Source: Chrysomallon squamiferum
Taxonomy: Eukaryota > Animalia > Mollusca
DNA: 64,000 nt
Assembly: GCA_012295275.1 (NCBI GenBank)
Contig: CM022671.1
Span: 9,238,001 to 9,302,000, forward strand
Direction of reading: 5' to 3'
Every line of letters starts with the position of its first letter. Position 1 is the stretch's first letter. The notes under the pieces were generated by a model. It made no database searches. It was not told the origin of the DNA and saw nothing but the letters and a program-made list of their open reading frames with translations. Shown here one piece after another: positions 1 through 14,706 of the stretch. Position numbers and translations under genes: made by a program.

Positions 1-1184
1 GTAACAACACTTGAGTGGACAGAATGCAATGAAAGCAAACAACAAAATGACTTGGTTTAGCTCAAGTATGGAGACGTAGACAGCTTTTCATTTAAGATCT
101 TTCAGCAAGTGCAAACTTTGAAAACTTTGTTGTACAAATTAGACAATTAGGTGGCTTACAAAATTTATCTGTTTGAAAATGATATCTTTTAAAATGTGTT
201 AGGAATTGCATAAGTTTTGGGATGAAGTTCTACATACATATGTATCCACTTACGCACATCTGCATATATACACATATACATATGTAGCTAAATACACATA
301 CATACTTACAAAAAATGCATATATATGAATATATATTTGTGGCTCAATTATTAAAGAAGGATTAACTATGACACATTTTTAAAAGATGATAACTCTCGAC
401 TTTGTTAATACCTCTGATGTTTTGAAAATAATCATTTCATTTTCCATAAATCACGCTGTCAAAATATCTTTGTTCTTCTTTGGCAAATCAAGCAGAAATT
501 GCCTTTGATATATGGGCAAAGCCTAAGAGCAAACAAAAGAAAGTGTATCATTGGGCAAGAAATATCTTAGGCTCAAATGAAGCAAAAATAAATCTATTGC
601 TTCAGTCTGAAAGTGTAAATTCTCACCAATCACAAGTCACTGTTTGCATTAGAGATTTGTGAAACAAAATTGGAATATTTTCTTTTCTCTCTCCTTTTTT
701 TCTTCCTCTTCTCTCATGCTATAATTCTTCAAAGAACTGCTGTGGGCAATTTTACAAAGCTGGACATTGGGTGTCTCATCACTATTCATCCAGAAAATGT
801 TTCCATATTATTCACATTTCTTTCATCTTTTGCATTAGCAATAGTACTTCTTTTAAAGTTATTACTATCACCTCACTGGAAGGTGAGTGTGCATGAAGGA
901 ATGCACCAAAAAAACAAACAACAACAACCAACAAAAAAAAAAAAAAAAAACATTATTTTGCTTCTTCTTTCATTATTATTATGTTTTGTTTACTGACCAG
1001 TGCTTAAACTAAAATCAAAGAAAATGAGCATGTTCCTCAGTGGCACTGGAATGAAACAAATTACCAGAAAATATTTTGTGTTGATATACAAGATTGGCTT
1101 TCGATAAAGATACCTGAAAACTATGTCAGATTATAGACAATATAGCTAAATGTATCTCATATATGATATTGTAAATACAATGTT

Positions 1185-1505
1185 GTAAAGAAATATAAGG
1201 TAGGTGACTTCTAAAAGAAAATGAAGGAAGGATGGATTTCTAAATAAATGAAAGACAATGATGGTCATAAGAAATGTAAAGCAAAGATGACCTTCTAAAG
1301 AAAAGTGAAGAAAATATGGTCTTCCAAGGAAATTTAAGATTATAAAGAAATTAAAAGCATATATGGAATTATAAAATAAAATAAAGTTAATATGATATCT
1401 AAAGAAATATAATAAAGATGATTTTCTAACAAATGTATTAAAGGAAAGAGAGTTTTATTAGAAAGAATTATTTTGTAAAGAAAGGATGGTTATCTAAAGA
1501 AATCT
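1185..1505. repeat. Degenerate purine-rich tandem repeat, unit about 28-30 bp
   Basis: About 10 decayed units of the form AAAG..AAGATGG..TTCTAAAGAAAT. Confidence 0.6.
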
Positions 1506-1874
1506 AAATATGCCAAATATGCTGTAACACGTTTCTTTTTACAGGACACCTAAAAGTCTGGAATCATAGCACAGTGTGTTTATGAACAATGTTCTGCAGT
1601 TTTGCAGATAAAAATCTCCAGACTTGAATCTTTTTTATTTTTCTTTCTGTGGTTAAGTCACTGGCAAAGTTTATTCTGACTAAATTCCAAAATCTCAAGC
1701 ATCTGCAACAGCAAATCTCTGTCATATGTCAAGATGCTGATCTCTGCATGCTTTGGAGGATACAGAAAAACATGATTCTTTATCAGCTTAAATCCCTGGA
1801 GGTTGAAGTGAATTATGTTGAATATATTTTTCATATGTTGTGCTATTAAACACTCTTTCCCCCATGATTTCAGA

Positions 1875-2270
1875 CAAATATATTATTCATAAACTTTTAT
1901 TATAACTGTAAATTTTTCTGATTTCCTGCATCATAATGTTAAATAATTTATAATACTTTTGTTTGTAAACCTTTATTATGAGTGTAGAGTTTATAGATAT
2001 CCGACCTCATAATGTTAAATATATTTTAAACTTGTATAGTGTAATGTTCAAAAACTTGTATGATAACTGCACACTTTACAGTCACCCTACATCATAATGT
2101 TAAATATTTTGTAATACTTCAGTAATATATTGTCTGAAAAGTCTTATTATGACTGTAGACTATACAGCTGTGTTGCATTGTAATAGTAAGTATTTTGTAA
2201 TATATTGTTTGTAAACTTTCATTAAGACTTTTCAAAAATCCTGCATCATAATGTTAAATATTTTAAAAAC
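1875..2270. repeat. Degenerate tandem repeat, unit about 75-85 bp
   Basis: TCATAATGTTAAATA recurs at about 1931, 2007, 2092 and 2246, with a decayed copy near 2177. Copies are separated by shared blocks such as GTTTGTAAAC and TTATGA.TGTAGA. Confidence 0.8.
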
Positions 2271-5200
2271 ACGTGCAGCATTTGACCTGTAACTACTATG
2301 AATCCAATCATACAGCTGTTTTATGCTTGGATTGACAATGTATGTAAAACAATAATTATTTCAGTTGTGAATGTTCATAGTCTCCCAGACATAACATTGT
2401 TTAACCTCAGTCATCATAGGTACAGATATTTTGTTACAAAACTGGATTACAATCATCTCTAGTTTATTTAATGGCATGGTAAATTATAGGTGATCAGAAG
2501 AGAACATATTTTTAGCAGTCACAGACAGAAGCACATGATAAATAAACCACCAAATAACTGCTTTTTTCACAACAGACTGGGGTAGGGAAAAACAGAATGT
2601 TGAAAATTTACCATCACTGCTGAAACATGGCATCTTAGTAACATAGAAAAAATAGCTTTTAATCTCCATCTGCTGTGTTCTGCTCCATTTCTGTACTCAC
2701 AAGTGTGTATTGTTATAAAGGTAATGCAGGAAGCAAAATATCTGTTTAATGAGGAGGGCAAGAACATTATCTCTGTACATATGTCTGCTTCAGTATTTAT
2801 TGCTGGATGAGAAATGTAAAGAAAGATGGCATGCTAGATGTAATCATGTTCTTCACAAAGAAAAATATGAAACAGGACAGACTGTTGTTGTTCTTATATC
2901 ATTATACCTATGTAGTTATTTAGAAGTATAGGCAAACATGGTTTTAAATTATCCAATGTTTTTGTTTTTATCTACACCTGAACTGTATATGGGAATTTAT
3001 GTATTTTTAATATCTGTTGTTCTTTAATTATCTTTTTCTCATTTTCTTTCTTTTTTCCATTTTAAAACTTGCAAAACTGAAATGTTTCCATTCATTCTGT
3101 AGTAAGTATTTCAATCCATCATGTATTCCTCTGAATGCTCCTCCAGTTATGAAACAAAGACAGAAAGTTTGGCATATTAAGAGGAGATGTCTCTATAGAT
3201 TAGCAGATCTAATTTATAAAACATATAATGTTTTATAACTCAACACATCCTTTATTCACATATCAAACATCCATTAAAGCACAGTCAATGAGCATCAGCC
3301 AGTCATCCATCCACTGTTAAATTCTAGATCAATAGGTATTTAAAATCTAGATGTGGCAATCAATCAGATTAAAATAAAAGCATTATGAAAGCTAACTTTG
3401 ATTTTATATTAAATTAAAATTATAAAAGCTAAGAAAAACCAAAAAAAAAATGATAGAAAGAAAAATGTGTTGTTATAATTTTAAAGCACGTTTGTTTAAA
3501 AATTACATTTGTTCCTTAATAATAAAATAAAGATCTTAATTCTGAGGAAAAAGTGAGGTCTTGATGCCAACAGGGAAGCTGCCAATATTTGGTTTACATT
3601 CTTTGACAGTTTGTTCTTAAAGTTTATTCAACAAGGGACAAAATAAAACTAAAAGTTAAAATGATTTTGGACAGTGAGTATAGTGGCATTGATTCACAAA
3701 CATTTGTGAAGACAATTTAAAATTGCCTGCAGGAACTAGACAATTCTATTGTAATACAACATCAAAAGCAAAAACATTAAGGATAGAGATGGGTTTTTTC
3801 TCATCATCACAGAGAATGATGCCTGACAACTGTGATGATGTATGGACACTAGGGAATAGTCAAAAAAAAAGTTTAAAGTCATTGCACTTGAATTTTCTCT
3901 TCAGTCTTATTTCTTTTCTTTTTTCCTTCTTTCTTTTTCAGTTTTTCAATTTGAAGGTAAATAATACTGTTAACATCCTAACTTTGCCAGTTTCAATGCA
4001 CAAAATCATGATAAATTATAATTAACCATTAAAAAAAAATAATAATAAAATATTTATTTTAATTTTTTTTTTTTAAATAAGATATAGAAGAAAATAAAAA
4101 ACCCAGCAAAAACAAATCAATGTGTGATTTAACATGATTAGAGTTCCTAAACTGCATCACGTTTTATAACTTGGTGAATTTTCTGCATGTTCAATAACAT
4201 AATTAAATTTCAGTATATATTTTATGCATGTGTACTAAGGTGGCCTTTTTGTTTTTTCCATTACGTGAGCACTGGTAAAACAAAATGTTACAAGTACAAA
4301 GCAGTAAAGTTAAAATGTTGTGACATCTTTTTAAATGAAGCATTTCTCTGAGTGCCAGGCAGTTAACATAATTCCACATCTTACAAATTTAAAACTAAAT
4401 TGAGAAAGATTTTAAGATAAAAAAAATTAAAAAAAAACAAACAAACAAAAACTTCCAAGAACACTGATTAAAATTGAGTATGTGCTGAAACAGTTTTAAC
4501 AGAAATAGATACCAGTGAGAAGAGTATGAGGATTCAAGCTATGTACCTGTCTATATATAAATGTAGTGCTGGTCTTGGTATGCTGGTAACTGGGCCTCAC
4601 AACAATCAAGTTAGAAAACTGATGACAGATGTACCCCTAGGAATCCAGTCTTGTTATTGTGGTACTGACAACTGGATTGATTATATATTGAAATACTTCC
4701 CTAAGATCTACAAATCTTTACTTTAATTGAATTTCTACAATGGTTTGAAATTTGTTTATAATTTCAATGTTAACCCCCCCAAAAAAAACCTCATAAATAA
4801 AAAAATCTTTCTAATACTTTTAGTGGCTTGTAATGCTGAAGTCTGAAACAGTATCTCTTGTTATTTAATATGTAAAGATTGCAATAGTTTGTTATGTCAA
4901 GAAAAGAAATATGAAAATTTTGATTATAGTTAGACAGATCATTTATCCAACAAATATCTGTGATGAGATTTTCATTATCATATAATATTATTATAATCTT
5001 TGTTTTTCCTTCTTTTTTTTTTTTTTATATATGATTTTTAAATCACGGAACATCCACAACTCATTTTGGCTAATAGAATCTTCTGCTTATTCTGCCTTCT
5101 TTCTTCTTTCTAGTTATTTATCAACACAGATCTCACTCTACATCCAAGTGGTAATCCTTTTCTTACATTTTTCTTTGTATTATTTCACTGAACAACACTT

Positions 5201-8200
5201 GTATCACTAATTTACATTTAAATTCAGTGTTGTAATTGTCCTTAGATAATTTTTCAAAGTTATCCAAGTTGAAATCAGTTTCTTCTTAATGAAGTAACAG
5301 TTGCAACTGTCTGCAGATATCATTTTCTTACTTCTAAAAGTATTTAAATACTAAAACTATATAGATGTCAGTAAAAAGCAAAGTTATTCTATTCTCCTGC
5401 AATTGTTTTGGTACTTTTTAAATAGCAGGTTAGATTAAGAATTCAAGTCAAAACTGTCTTCTTATATATTAGTAACCAATAACATTAACATTCCAAGTTG
5501 TAATTGTCTTTCTTACAATGCTGAATTGAATGTCTATGAAGACCTACTGAAAAATCCGAATGTTTCCTGAAATTTTCTAATTAATTACAGTTTTTAAACA
5601 CACACACGTGTGTGTATCTATATAAATGTGTGTGTGTGTTTATATATATATACACATATGTATACACAAACACACACACACACATTTATATAGATACACA
5701 CACACACACACACATCTATCTGTGCATGTGTATGTATGTTGTTTTTTTTGTATATTCATAAAACCTGGTATAAGTAATCTGTAACCATCTGAATTAAAAT
5801 CCTCATCAACATTGGTTCAGTCTATAACTCCATCTGACAAGAATCCATGTTCTTGCAAGTAAACAGACACAACACAACTAAGTCATTCATTTAAAAATTT
5901 TTTTAAACATATGAAATGTCATCTGCTGTTTATCACATATCTTTGCCATACTCAGTTTAAAAAAGAAGTAAAAAATAAAAAATATGGAACCACTGCTGTT
6001 TTGCAGAGCTATCATTACCTGGAGAGCCTTTAAGAGAATCATAACAGTGGTTATTACACTCTCAGACACCCACACAATGTTCAAGCACTGATCATTATTT
6101 CTCTGGTGCAGGCATTTTTCTGCAACATCCAACCACTCAGAAATCTACTTCAATCATTTCACTTCCTAGCCAGAAAAAGTAGACAAATATCTAATTGCAA
6201 AAAAGAGACAGAGAGAGAGTGTGTGTGACATAAAAGTAAAAAAAAAAGTTGAATGTTTTGAAGACAGCCCTATATTAATGAGGTATATATATATAAATTT
6301 AAAAAAAAATTAAAACAAAAAAACAAAAAAAACAATCCAGTAATAATAATAATTAATAAAAATAAACAAAATTTAAAAATTAATATTAAATGGATTTTTG
6401 TTTTGTTTTGAAAATGGAAAACAAAATTACAATTATTAATTATGTAATCCAAACCTATATACTAATTTGATGGATACACATTAATATCAACATATACATA
6501 TGCAATTAAAATGAAATTTTTTTTAAAATAAATGATTCATTTAAACTGTACATCATTAATGGTTCCTGAATACACATTTAGAAGAAAGAACAAAAGACTA
6601 AAATCCAAATTTGGTCACATTTACCCAGTATTTTTCAGTCTTGCATGCACTCAACTATATGTAATTTGTTTAGTGATGAAAGACCAGAATGTAATAAAAT
6701 AAGACTTTGTAAACATGGTATACATAATGTTTATACATATCTGTTTTCACTTTTTCACCACAATGAAATATTTTTACTGCACTGATTTCTTTGTTAGTAA
6801 AACAGTCAATAAGACTTAAATAAAAACAGTATATATACTGACAATACTGTGTTAAATATTTATATAAAATAAATAAATACAAATATCTACAGACTTTTTC
6901 TTCTTTGTTAATTGACACATTCATAAATATAATATAAATCTACACAATAATAACAACAACAACGACAATGACAACAACAACAACAACAACAACAACAAAA
7001 CATATTTATGAGAGTATGTATATACAAAATGTATCTAAAGCCTGGTTCATACTTAAAAAAAGATTTTATTCATTTCTCAGTTCCATATACTAGTGATAAA
7101 AATAAAATAAGTAGAAGATGTTTGTGATATATTGGATTTGAAGATCGATGTGAAAAGTGACATCTGTTCATGACCACGGATAGAATAATTTCATTAGCTT
7201 CAGCTCAGATACAGTCGAAATGTCAAAAATGAAAAAAGTACACAGTAGATGATGAACCTGGTGCTAACAATGAGCTGTAATACACTCTGTAGTAGCTGTG
7301 TTATAATTGTATAATCTGCAGATGTTTTCTTGGATACAGTCTATTACAGGGATGCGATGGGCAGTTCCTTTTTGAAAGTGTCAGTGCAAATTGTAAATGA
7401 TGTTCTCAGAAATTCTCATGGGTGCAAGCATAACATTTTGTTAGTAGTACTGTTGTTGTTGTTATTTAAAATTAACACACACATACACACACACGCTACA
7501 GACAGAGTGAGAGAGACAGAAAATGAGAAAGAGGGAGAAACAGAAAAATGTAAAGTAAGAAAGATTCACAGATTGAATGAAAGAAAGACAGACAGAAGGG
7601 AATAAAGTTTATAAATTATTAGTTATGAACAAGGTTCTTAAATCATGGAATGGTGGGCCAAGCTGCCTGCCAACACAATCATGTTTTATTTCTTTTATGT
7701 CAGAAGTTTTTGATTTACTTACATATCACAATCTATTAAGCTTCAATCTAGTATGAAGCTGAAACATTAATTAGATTGTAGTCTATCATATTTATGGTAT
7801 CATTCTATCAAAGTAATAATCATTTATTTTTCAGTAAAATTGCCTTGCATGCTCACATTTATTATGTACAAGATGAAGATGCCAGTTTCTGAATAACTTC
7901 AAATATTCAAGATTCCATGCAAATCACCTGAAACAGACAGTGACTAAAATCTCATCCAATCATCTACACTGACAATACTCTAACAATTTAATAATTAAAA
8001 AACTATGATTTTTATTAGGATGCTTGATGCTGTGAGTGAATTGCATTTCTAAATTACAAAATATTTGTTATAATGAATCACTGATTTATCGTTATTATTA
8101 TAACTTTTTAAATCTGTCATATTCACTAATTTATAGCTAAATCAAAAATGAATTTCTGGATAATATAACCAACCAATGGCATAAGTAAACATATACTATG

Positions 8201-8526
8201 TGTAACTTTGTATTTATTTAATATCAGCAAATGGCATATTTAAGAATGATAAAAATAATAATAATAAGTAATAATCAATAAAAAACAACTAACCAACCAA
8301 CCATCCATAAATCTAAATAACCTGTCAGCCACCTTATCAACCTATCAACCAAACAAACAGTTAGACATGTAAATGTTAACAATGATTCTACAACTCTCAA
8401 TAAGGTTAAAATATTCATAATGAACAGTAACTGCTTAAAAACAGTCACCCAAAAAATAATTTACATCTTTGCATAAACCCTCCCACCAAAAACATACCTG
8501 AAACTAGACTGAGAATTACAATTAGA

Positions 8527-8630
8527 GGGGTACATATGTGTGGCTAAATAAATACATGTACAAATATTTAAATATTATCTTTGAATTTCATTTTTAATAA
8601 AATGCTATGAACTTTTGTCCCAACCCAACA
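8527..8630 (+). mobile_element. Second copy of the same mariner 3' end
   Basis: GGCTAAATAAATACATGTACAAATATTTAAATATTATCTTTGAATTTCATTT...CTATGAACTTTTGTCCCAACCCAACA aligns by eye with 49379-49461. It ends in a mariner-type TIR (reverse complement TTGGGTTGGGACAAAAGTTC). Confidence 0.75.
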
Positions 8631-9146
8631 GTTGCTATAATTAGCCAGATTGATTGATGGATACATAATACATTGACAAGTGACTGTAACACTCTACACC
8701 TTTCACAAAATTTACAAGATGTGACAAGTACAATAATATTAAAAGTCAATATTCATTATCAAGAGTTAGTGTGTTAGTGTGTTAATCTCACCTCTCCATC
8801 ATTTTGCTTTCAGTCTATGAAAACTTAAGATCTATAAATTGGCCTGCTATCTGTAATGCTTTTTACAGAAAATATGGTAAAAGCCTAATACATTCCAGTC
8901 AAAGAAAAAAGTCAGACAATACAGAAAAAAATAAAAATAAAAATTAAATCATCAAAAAAAAAATAAAAAATAAAAATAAAAATGTGTAAGATGATAAAAG
9001 ATAAAACAGAATCACATCTCCCTCAAATAAAGTATAAGATAAATAAATAAAAAAGAATAAATAACTACAAAAATTATAAACAAAAATTAAAACATTTTAT
9101 AAATAAGAAAGTGAAAACAAAAACTGGAATGATGGACCAGCTCCAA

Positions 9147-9155
9147 AACACACAT

Positions 9156-9192
<37 letters not shown>

Positions 9193-9237
9193 GACACACA
9201 CACACACACACACACACAGTCACACACACACACACAC
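9147..9237. repeat. Interrupted (CA)n microsatellite
   Basis: Direct reading. Confidence 0.95.
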
Positions 9238-9378
9238 CTCGTTTCTCTCTTACTCAATCATGCCAACAGTGCAAGGAACAGAAAATATACGACAAATAGA
9301 AACACTACAGCAGAATGGATGGCTCTAATAGCATCAGGCTGGCTTACTTGTACATCAAGGGGAGTGATTCATATACTT

Positions 9379-9490
9379 TGATTGGCTGTAGTACTGCCAG
9401 CTACATGGCTTTATCGCGAGTAATTCTGCTACGAAGATGCTTCATACCTTATGTCAGTTTAAGCTGGTTCCACCTCCCGGCAGTCCTAGA
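9379..9490 (+). promoter_or_regulatory. Candidate Pol II promoter (reverse CCAAT box, TMTCGCGA motif, Inr-like TCAGTT)
   Basis: GATTGGCTG (ATTGG at 9381-9385), TATCGCGAG at 9412-9420 and TCAGTT at 9454-9459, about 70-75 nt downstream of the CCAAT box. There is a local cluster of CpGs in an otherwise CpG-poor window. The target gene is inferred, not shown. Confidence 0.45.
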
Positions 9491-9635
9491 ACCACCAGTA
9501 TATATCTTAGGTACCATGATATACACAAGTCTTTTGTGTTTGTGTAACAAAGTAAGATACAGGGGATTATTGTTCCTAAGGAAATGTTTTAATGGAGGAT
9601 CACTGAATTTTGGAGTCTGATCATTTCATTTGTAG
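9456..9635 (+). other. Candidate first non-coding exon (donor TAG|GTATTA at 9636; alternative donor AAA|GTAAGA at 9552)
   Basis: Balanced-composition block after the Inr-like motif, ending at donor-like motifs. The sequence turns abruptly A/T-rich and intron-like after about 9640. Confidence 0.35.
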
Positions 9636-10831
9636 GTATTATATTTACATATTTTACATTAAAAAAATTATTAAAATAAAATAAATTATAAAAAAGAAAA
9701 GAAAAAAAAGATAATAATAAAGCTGAATGATGTATCTTTTTTGATTTTGAATCATATTTGTTTGCTTATATTTTTAGTTTGTTAAAGGGTATTCTACTAA
9801 GAAAAAAATAAGATTAGTGTAAGGTAATTTTTCTTTAATCGTAAACTTCCGTTGTTCAACTTTTGCTGACTAAATGGTGACTTAATTTATTTACTACTGT
9901 TATTTGTTAATGAATAGATTTCTTTTTAAATACAAATTCTCATATTTTCAAGTAACTGGTTTCCAACTAAATTTCTTATTAGTGAATGTGTTAATTTCTT
10001 CAATCAAATGAAAATATTATTTTATTATTACTATTATTATTATTCTCTTTTATATTATTTTGTCCTACTTATATGCATATAAAATACTACTATGCTATAA
10101 TTCTGCTACTTCTCTAACCACTACCCCTGCTGATACTACTAATATTATTAAATAAATAAGTAAATAAATAAATAAACAAATAAACAAACAAACAAATAAA
10201 TAAATAATGGAAATTAAACCAAATTTATAACTAGGAAAAAAAAAAAGAAACTAAACAAAAAGCCTACCAAAAAACATAATTCTTTTTATTTAACAAAATA
10301 AATAATATAACTCAAATTATTTCAGCCTTCTATTGTGTTTAAATGATAATGCATTAAGGACTTTATTCTAAGCTTATCAAATAAATTGGTTCTATTCTGA
10401 GAATGTCAGACTAAGAGTTTATGTCAATAGTTACAGTTTACCTTAAAAGGTATTCTCCTAAAAATAATTAACTCTTCTGCAATAATTAAGTTAATGTGTG
10501 AAAATGTCAGATTATTCTTAAGAGCAACAGCTTGTCACTTACTAATGAACACTGTTTAGTCAGTAATATTATTAATTAATAAACAAATATAGAGCATTTT
10601 CATATGGCACACTTTGTTCTTATAAATCTCTTATTGAATTCTAATTACAGTTTCAGTAGAAATCTGGGTGACATTTTCTGTTCTGTTTTTAATAAATATG
10701 TTATAAGTGCCAAAATCATACTGGTATTTGAGAATTCAATAGAATTTAAAAGTATTTGAAAGATAAACTGAACAATTTAATTTGTTAATAAGTTTGAAAT
10801 ATAAAATAGATAAAAGGTATTATATATTTTT

Positions 10832-10835
<4 letters not shown>

Positions 10836-10913
<78 letters not shown>
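10836..10913. repeat. (CT)n microsatellite
   Basis: Direct reading; about 39 units. Confidence 0.95.
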
Positions 10914-10918
<5 letters not shown>

Positions 10919-13212
10919 AATTTCTGTGTGATACATTTCTGAACTGGACAAAATACTAAACAGGAACACAATCTCCCAGTTAATTTCAGTCTCTAATTAA
11001 GACCTCCAACCACGGCCCGATCAATAGCCAGGGCTAGCAATGAAATATTAATATAAATTATGTGCACTTGGCTACTTGTTTAATTAATGGAGATATGCCC
11101 ATGGTTTTGTCGTGTTCTTCAAGTGGCTGACCAACAGCCCATGAAACATGGGGGTAAACAAAAACAAAAATGTCAAGTAATTGTTTGTGTAATTACAATT
11201 TGAATTTCTACCCAGGGTTTCTCAATAAATTACACTGGATTAAACAGTATACTCATACTGCCTGCAGTTATATGTCTTGCTGACATTCCTTTATACAAAC
11301 AAGTATACAGAAAAAATGAAATTTTGTCAACAGTAACTTTTATTTTACAGGATTAGCTAATATTATCATTATAAGAAAATACATTTTTTAACCTCAAATA
11401 TTCATTTACAACAAAACACGTAGAGGCATAATTAACAATTTTTTATTTTTTTTTATTTTGAGGATATAACTTCTAATGATTTTGAGAAATAATCACACAG
11501 ACACACACACACACACACACACATACACACACACAAAATATGATATATAAAAGTAACTATGAGAACTGTGTCTAGACATCACCACTTATCCAACTCATTG
11601 GTGACACTATAGAACAAATTATAACAGTTAAATCTAACATAATGAACATTACTCAGTCTGATTAAAGAATTAATTGCACCCAGTATTACATCTTCTAAGT
11701 AAAGTTGTCAAAGAAAACTGGAATGATTTATTTTGATTTTCTATAACAATGTAAGAACTGGTTATAAAAGAAATTTATGAAGTACTCAGTCTGGCACAGA
11801 TCGTGTGCTTTTGATTTTCTATTTTGCCTCAAATAAATTACGATATCTCAATTAAATGACAGTATGGATTGTATAACAATAATAGGCTCACACATATATA
11901 CATAGACTCATATACATACATCAACACAGACACAAACACACACATACACACACACACATACACATCCTTACACATTTCCATAAATATCTATACACACATA
12001 TTAACACACACACACACACACACATATATAGAGAGAGAGATACACACACAGACACACTGCTTAAATTCCTGTCTTATATCTATGTTCATATTTGTGAATA
12101 TGACCAACTGTTTTGACTAACTTCAGTACTGGCATTGCATGCTTGAATCTTATACAAAGATGAAGACAATACTGTTGAAAAGTTTAGTTTTTTATTATTA
12201 TTATTAAATTCTGTACATGTTTTCACTCTATGTGAAAAGCCAGACAGATAATGATTAAGTTGGACAGCACAATATTTTATTATTCTATTAAATTATAAGA
12301 AATATCGATAAAGTTAAATCCTCATTCATTCAAAAAATGATTGAGGCAATGAATTTGTAAATCTGATTTGTGTGCTATGAAATTAATAGAAACAGCTGTT
12401 TTTAGTAACAAAATGAACTGCAGTGTTGGTGCAAGGCCATGAAAATAAGAAAATTGTACAAGAGATGCAACATAAAGTGTTGTTTATATAAATCATTTAA
12501 AATAACAGTGTTTTTAAATCTTGTTATATTTATATATATAATTTCCATTTATTATCACATATTAATTTATATATAAATATATATTTTTTTTTTAAAGGCA
12601 CAAGGGAATTAAAGTCATTAAAAGGAAATAAAATAAAATTTAACCAATTTTCAAAAAAGTACTTATAACTTTACTTTTGTTTTATTTCATTTAATTTTAT
12701 TTGAATTATTTCTATTTCACTGCATTTTATTCATACCATTTTAACTTGCATTATATTTTTGGTTGTTGTTTGCTTTCATCTAATCACAAAACATAATGAA
12801 AAGAGTTTTGAGTTTCTGACTTATTGCCATGGCATATGATAAGTGTTAGGCTATCAAATTATACAAGCAACATTATCTAGATAACATGTGGAAATATCAG
12901 ACTGCCAATCTGGTGTGATATTATCCACTGCAAACAGCATTTAAGAGTTGAATGAAATTAGCTGCCACTCTTAACAGCATTGATCCCTCCCAAAACTGGC
13001 CATTATTGCATAGCAAACGTAAACAAGCCATAATGACAAAATAATGAATATATTATTTCATGCCTGTCGAGAAAAGATGGCAAGGTTAAGTTCAGAGAGA
13101 GGTTAAACCTATGAGGTGGAAGATTATTCATAACCATATACTTCAAATCTTACACCTTTTGTATTCACTAAGTCTCTCTCTCTCTCTAAATATATATATA
13201 TATATAAAAGAT

Positions 13213-13585
13213 TAATGAATATTTGACAGCTCTTCAATGTTTTGGTATCAATAATTATATGGAGTCAAACTAACAACTTTTCATATAATGACATCTGAGT
13301 GGAAATCTATAAAGATGAACATTTTTATAATCATGTACTTTGAATCTTACAGCATGAATTAAAACAGAAAGAAAGAATATTTGACAAAAACATTTTTTAA
13401 GGTGTCAAACAGCTTTTTGTATAACGATATTAGAGAGGAAATCTATAAGATGTGAAAACATTGGATATTCACCAAGATTAAAAAAACAATGAATGAATGA
13501 ATATTTAACAGCTGCTCAACAAATTTTATTAGTTGTCAAACATACAGCTTTCTGTAAAATGATCAGCTATATGAGAGAGGAAACA
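13213..13585. repeat. Three degenerate, roughly tandem copies of a repeat tail
   Basis: GAATATTTRACA...GTCAAAC...GAGWGGAAA recurs at about 13217, 13375 and 13499. Confidence 0.55.
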
Positions 13586-14675
13586 TGGTCCGGTTACTTT
13601 GGGTTTTTTTCAGTAAGATCATCATTTATTTTAACCAGGTTCATTTTTTTAATTATTATATTAAGAAGTACATTTTTTAACATTAATTAATTTATCTTTA
13701 GATAGTATTCAGATATCACTGAGTTCTACTTTTGCTCCATTGATTTTATTTGATTTTATTAGGTTTGTCTTCTGACATAGGTTTCATCTTCTCATATTAG
13801 TGAATTTACTATTTCACTTGATCAACTGTATTTTCTAACTTCATTTAACATCGCTGAATAGTTTTAATCCACTGATTATAAATGAAATTGAACTTTTAAC
13901 TTTTGAGAAAATGCTGTCACATGTCACAGGTGTTGATAACAAATTACAAGCTGGTGATGGTAATCAGAAAAGATTTGTTATAGTAATCAGAACTTAAGTA
14001 TTACAGTTACATGTGAATTCATTTATTAACCAGTTTACATCAATTAGAAATTGTAAATGATCATATGATAATCTCAGATTTTAATATGTCTGTCAGCTGT
14101 TGATAATTAATAATGTCCTGGTGAAGCTGGCACTAGTCTGTTCTAAAGATATTAAAATATTAGCAACATAATTAATTACAAAACTGATTTCTATTTAAGG
14201 TACAGAAGAATTTATCAAAACAAAAGTAAACTAAACTAAACTAAAATAAAATAAAATAACATAAAATTTAAATAAATTCAAAATTCAAAACAAAATTTAA
14301 ACAAACATGCAATATACACAACTTGGAATAGAAAACCAAGATGGTCAAGTAATAATTATGTGGTTAGCTGATATAGTTTAAACTGAATAACTGTGGTTTT
14401 TATTCATGTTGAATTCCAGTTAGATTCCAGTTTGTTGATTAGTATACAAGCAAGTGCAGTCATATACTCCTTAATGCTTTAACAGCTACATTATTTAAAC
14501 TGTGCCATATAATCATAATTTCCTAATCTGTTTGCATTAAAATAATAAAATAATTCTTCAGTCAACCAACCAAATGTTTTTCTTCAATTTTTGGTATTGG
14601 AGAAATAGAATCATTCAGTGCCAGAAGTGCATTTCAAAAAAATAAATAAATAAAAATTTCTGTATATTATTATTA

Positions 14676-14706
<31 letters not shown>

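Noticed and set aside
1875-2270. Repeat-spacer look of TCATAATGTTAAATA
   Set aside because: The spacers share sequence blocks, so this is a decayed tandem repeat and not an array with unique spacers.
2695-2860. Possible minus-strand exon ending at GTGAGT (2700-2695)
   Set aside because: There is no convincing acceptor and the peptide is not recognisable.
6018-6192. Possible minus-strand coding exon (CAG|GTAATG donor; acceptor-like sequence near 6165-6190)
   Set aside because: All frames read from the nearer acceptor hit stops and the open part has no recognisable homology. A non-coding exon cannot be excluded.
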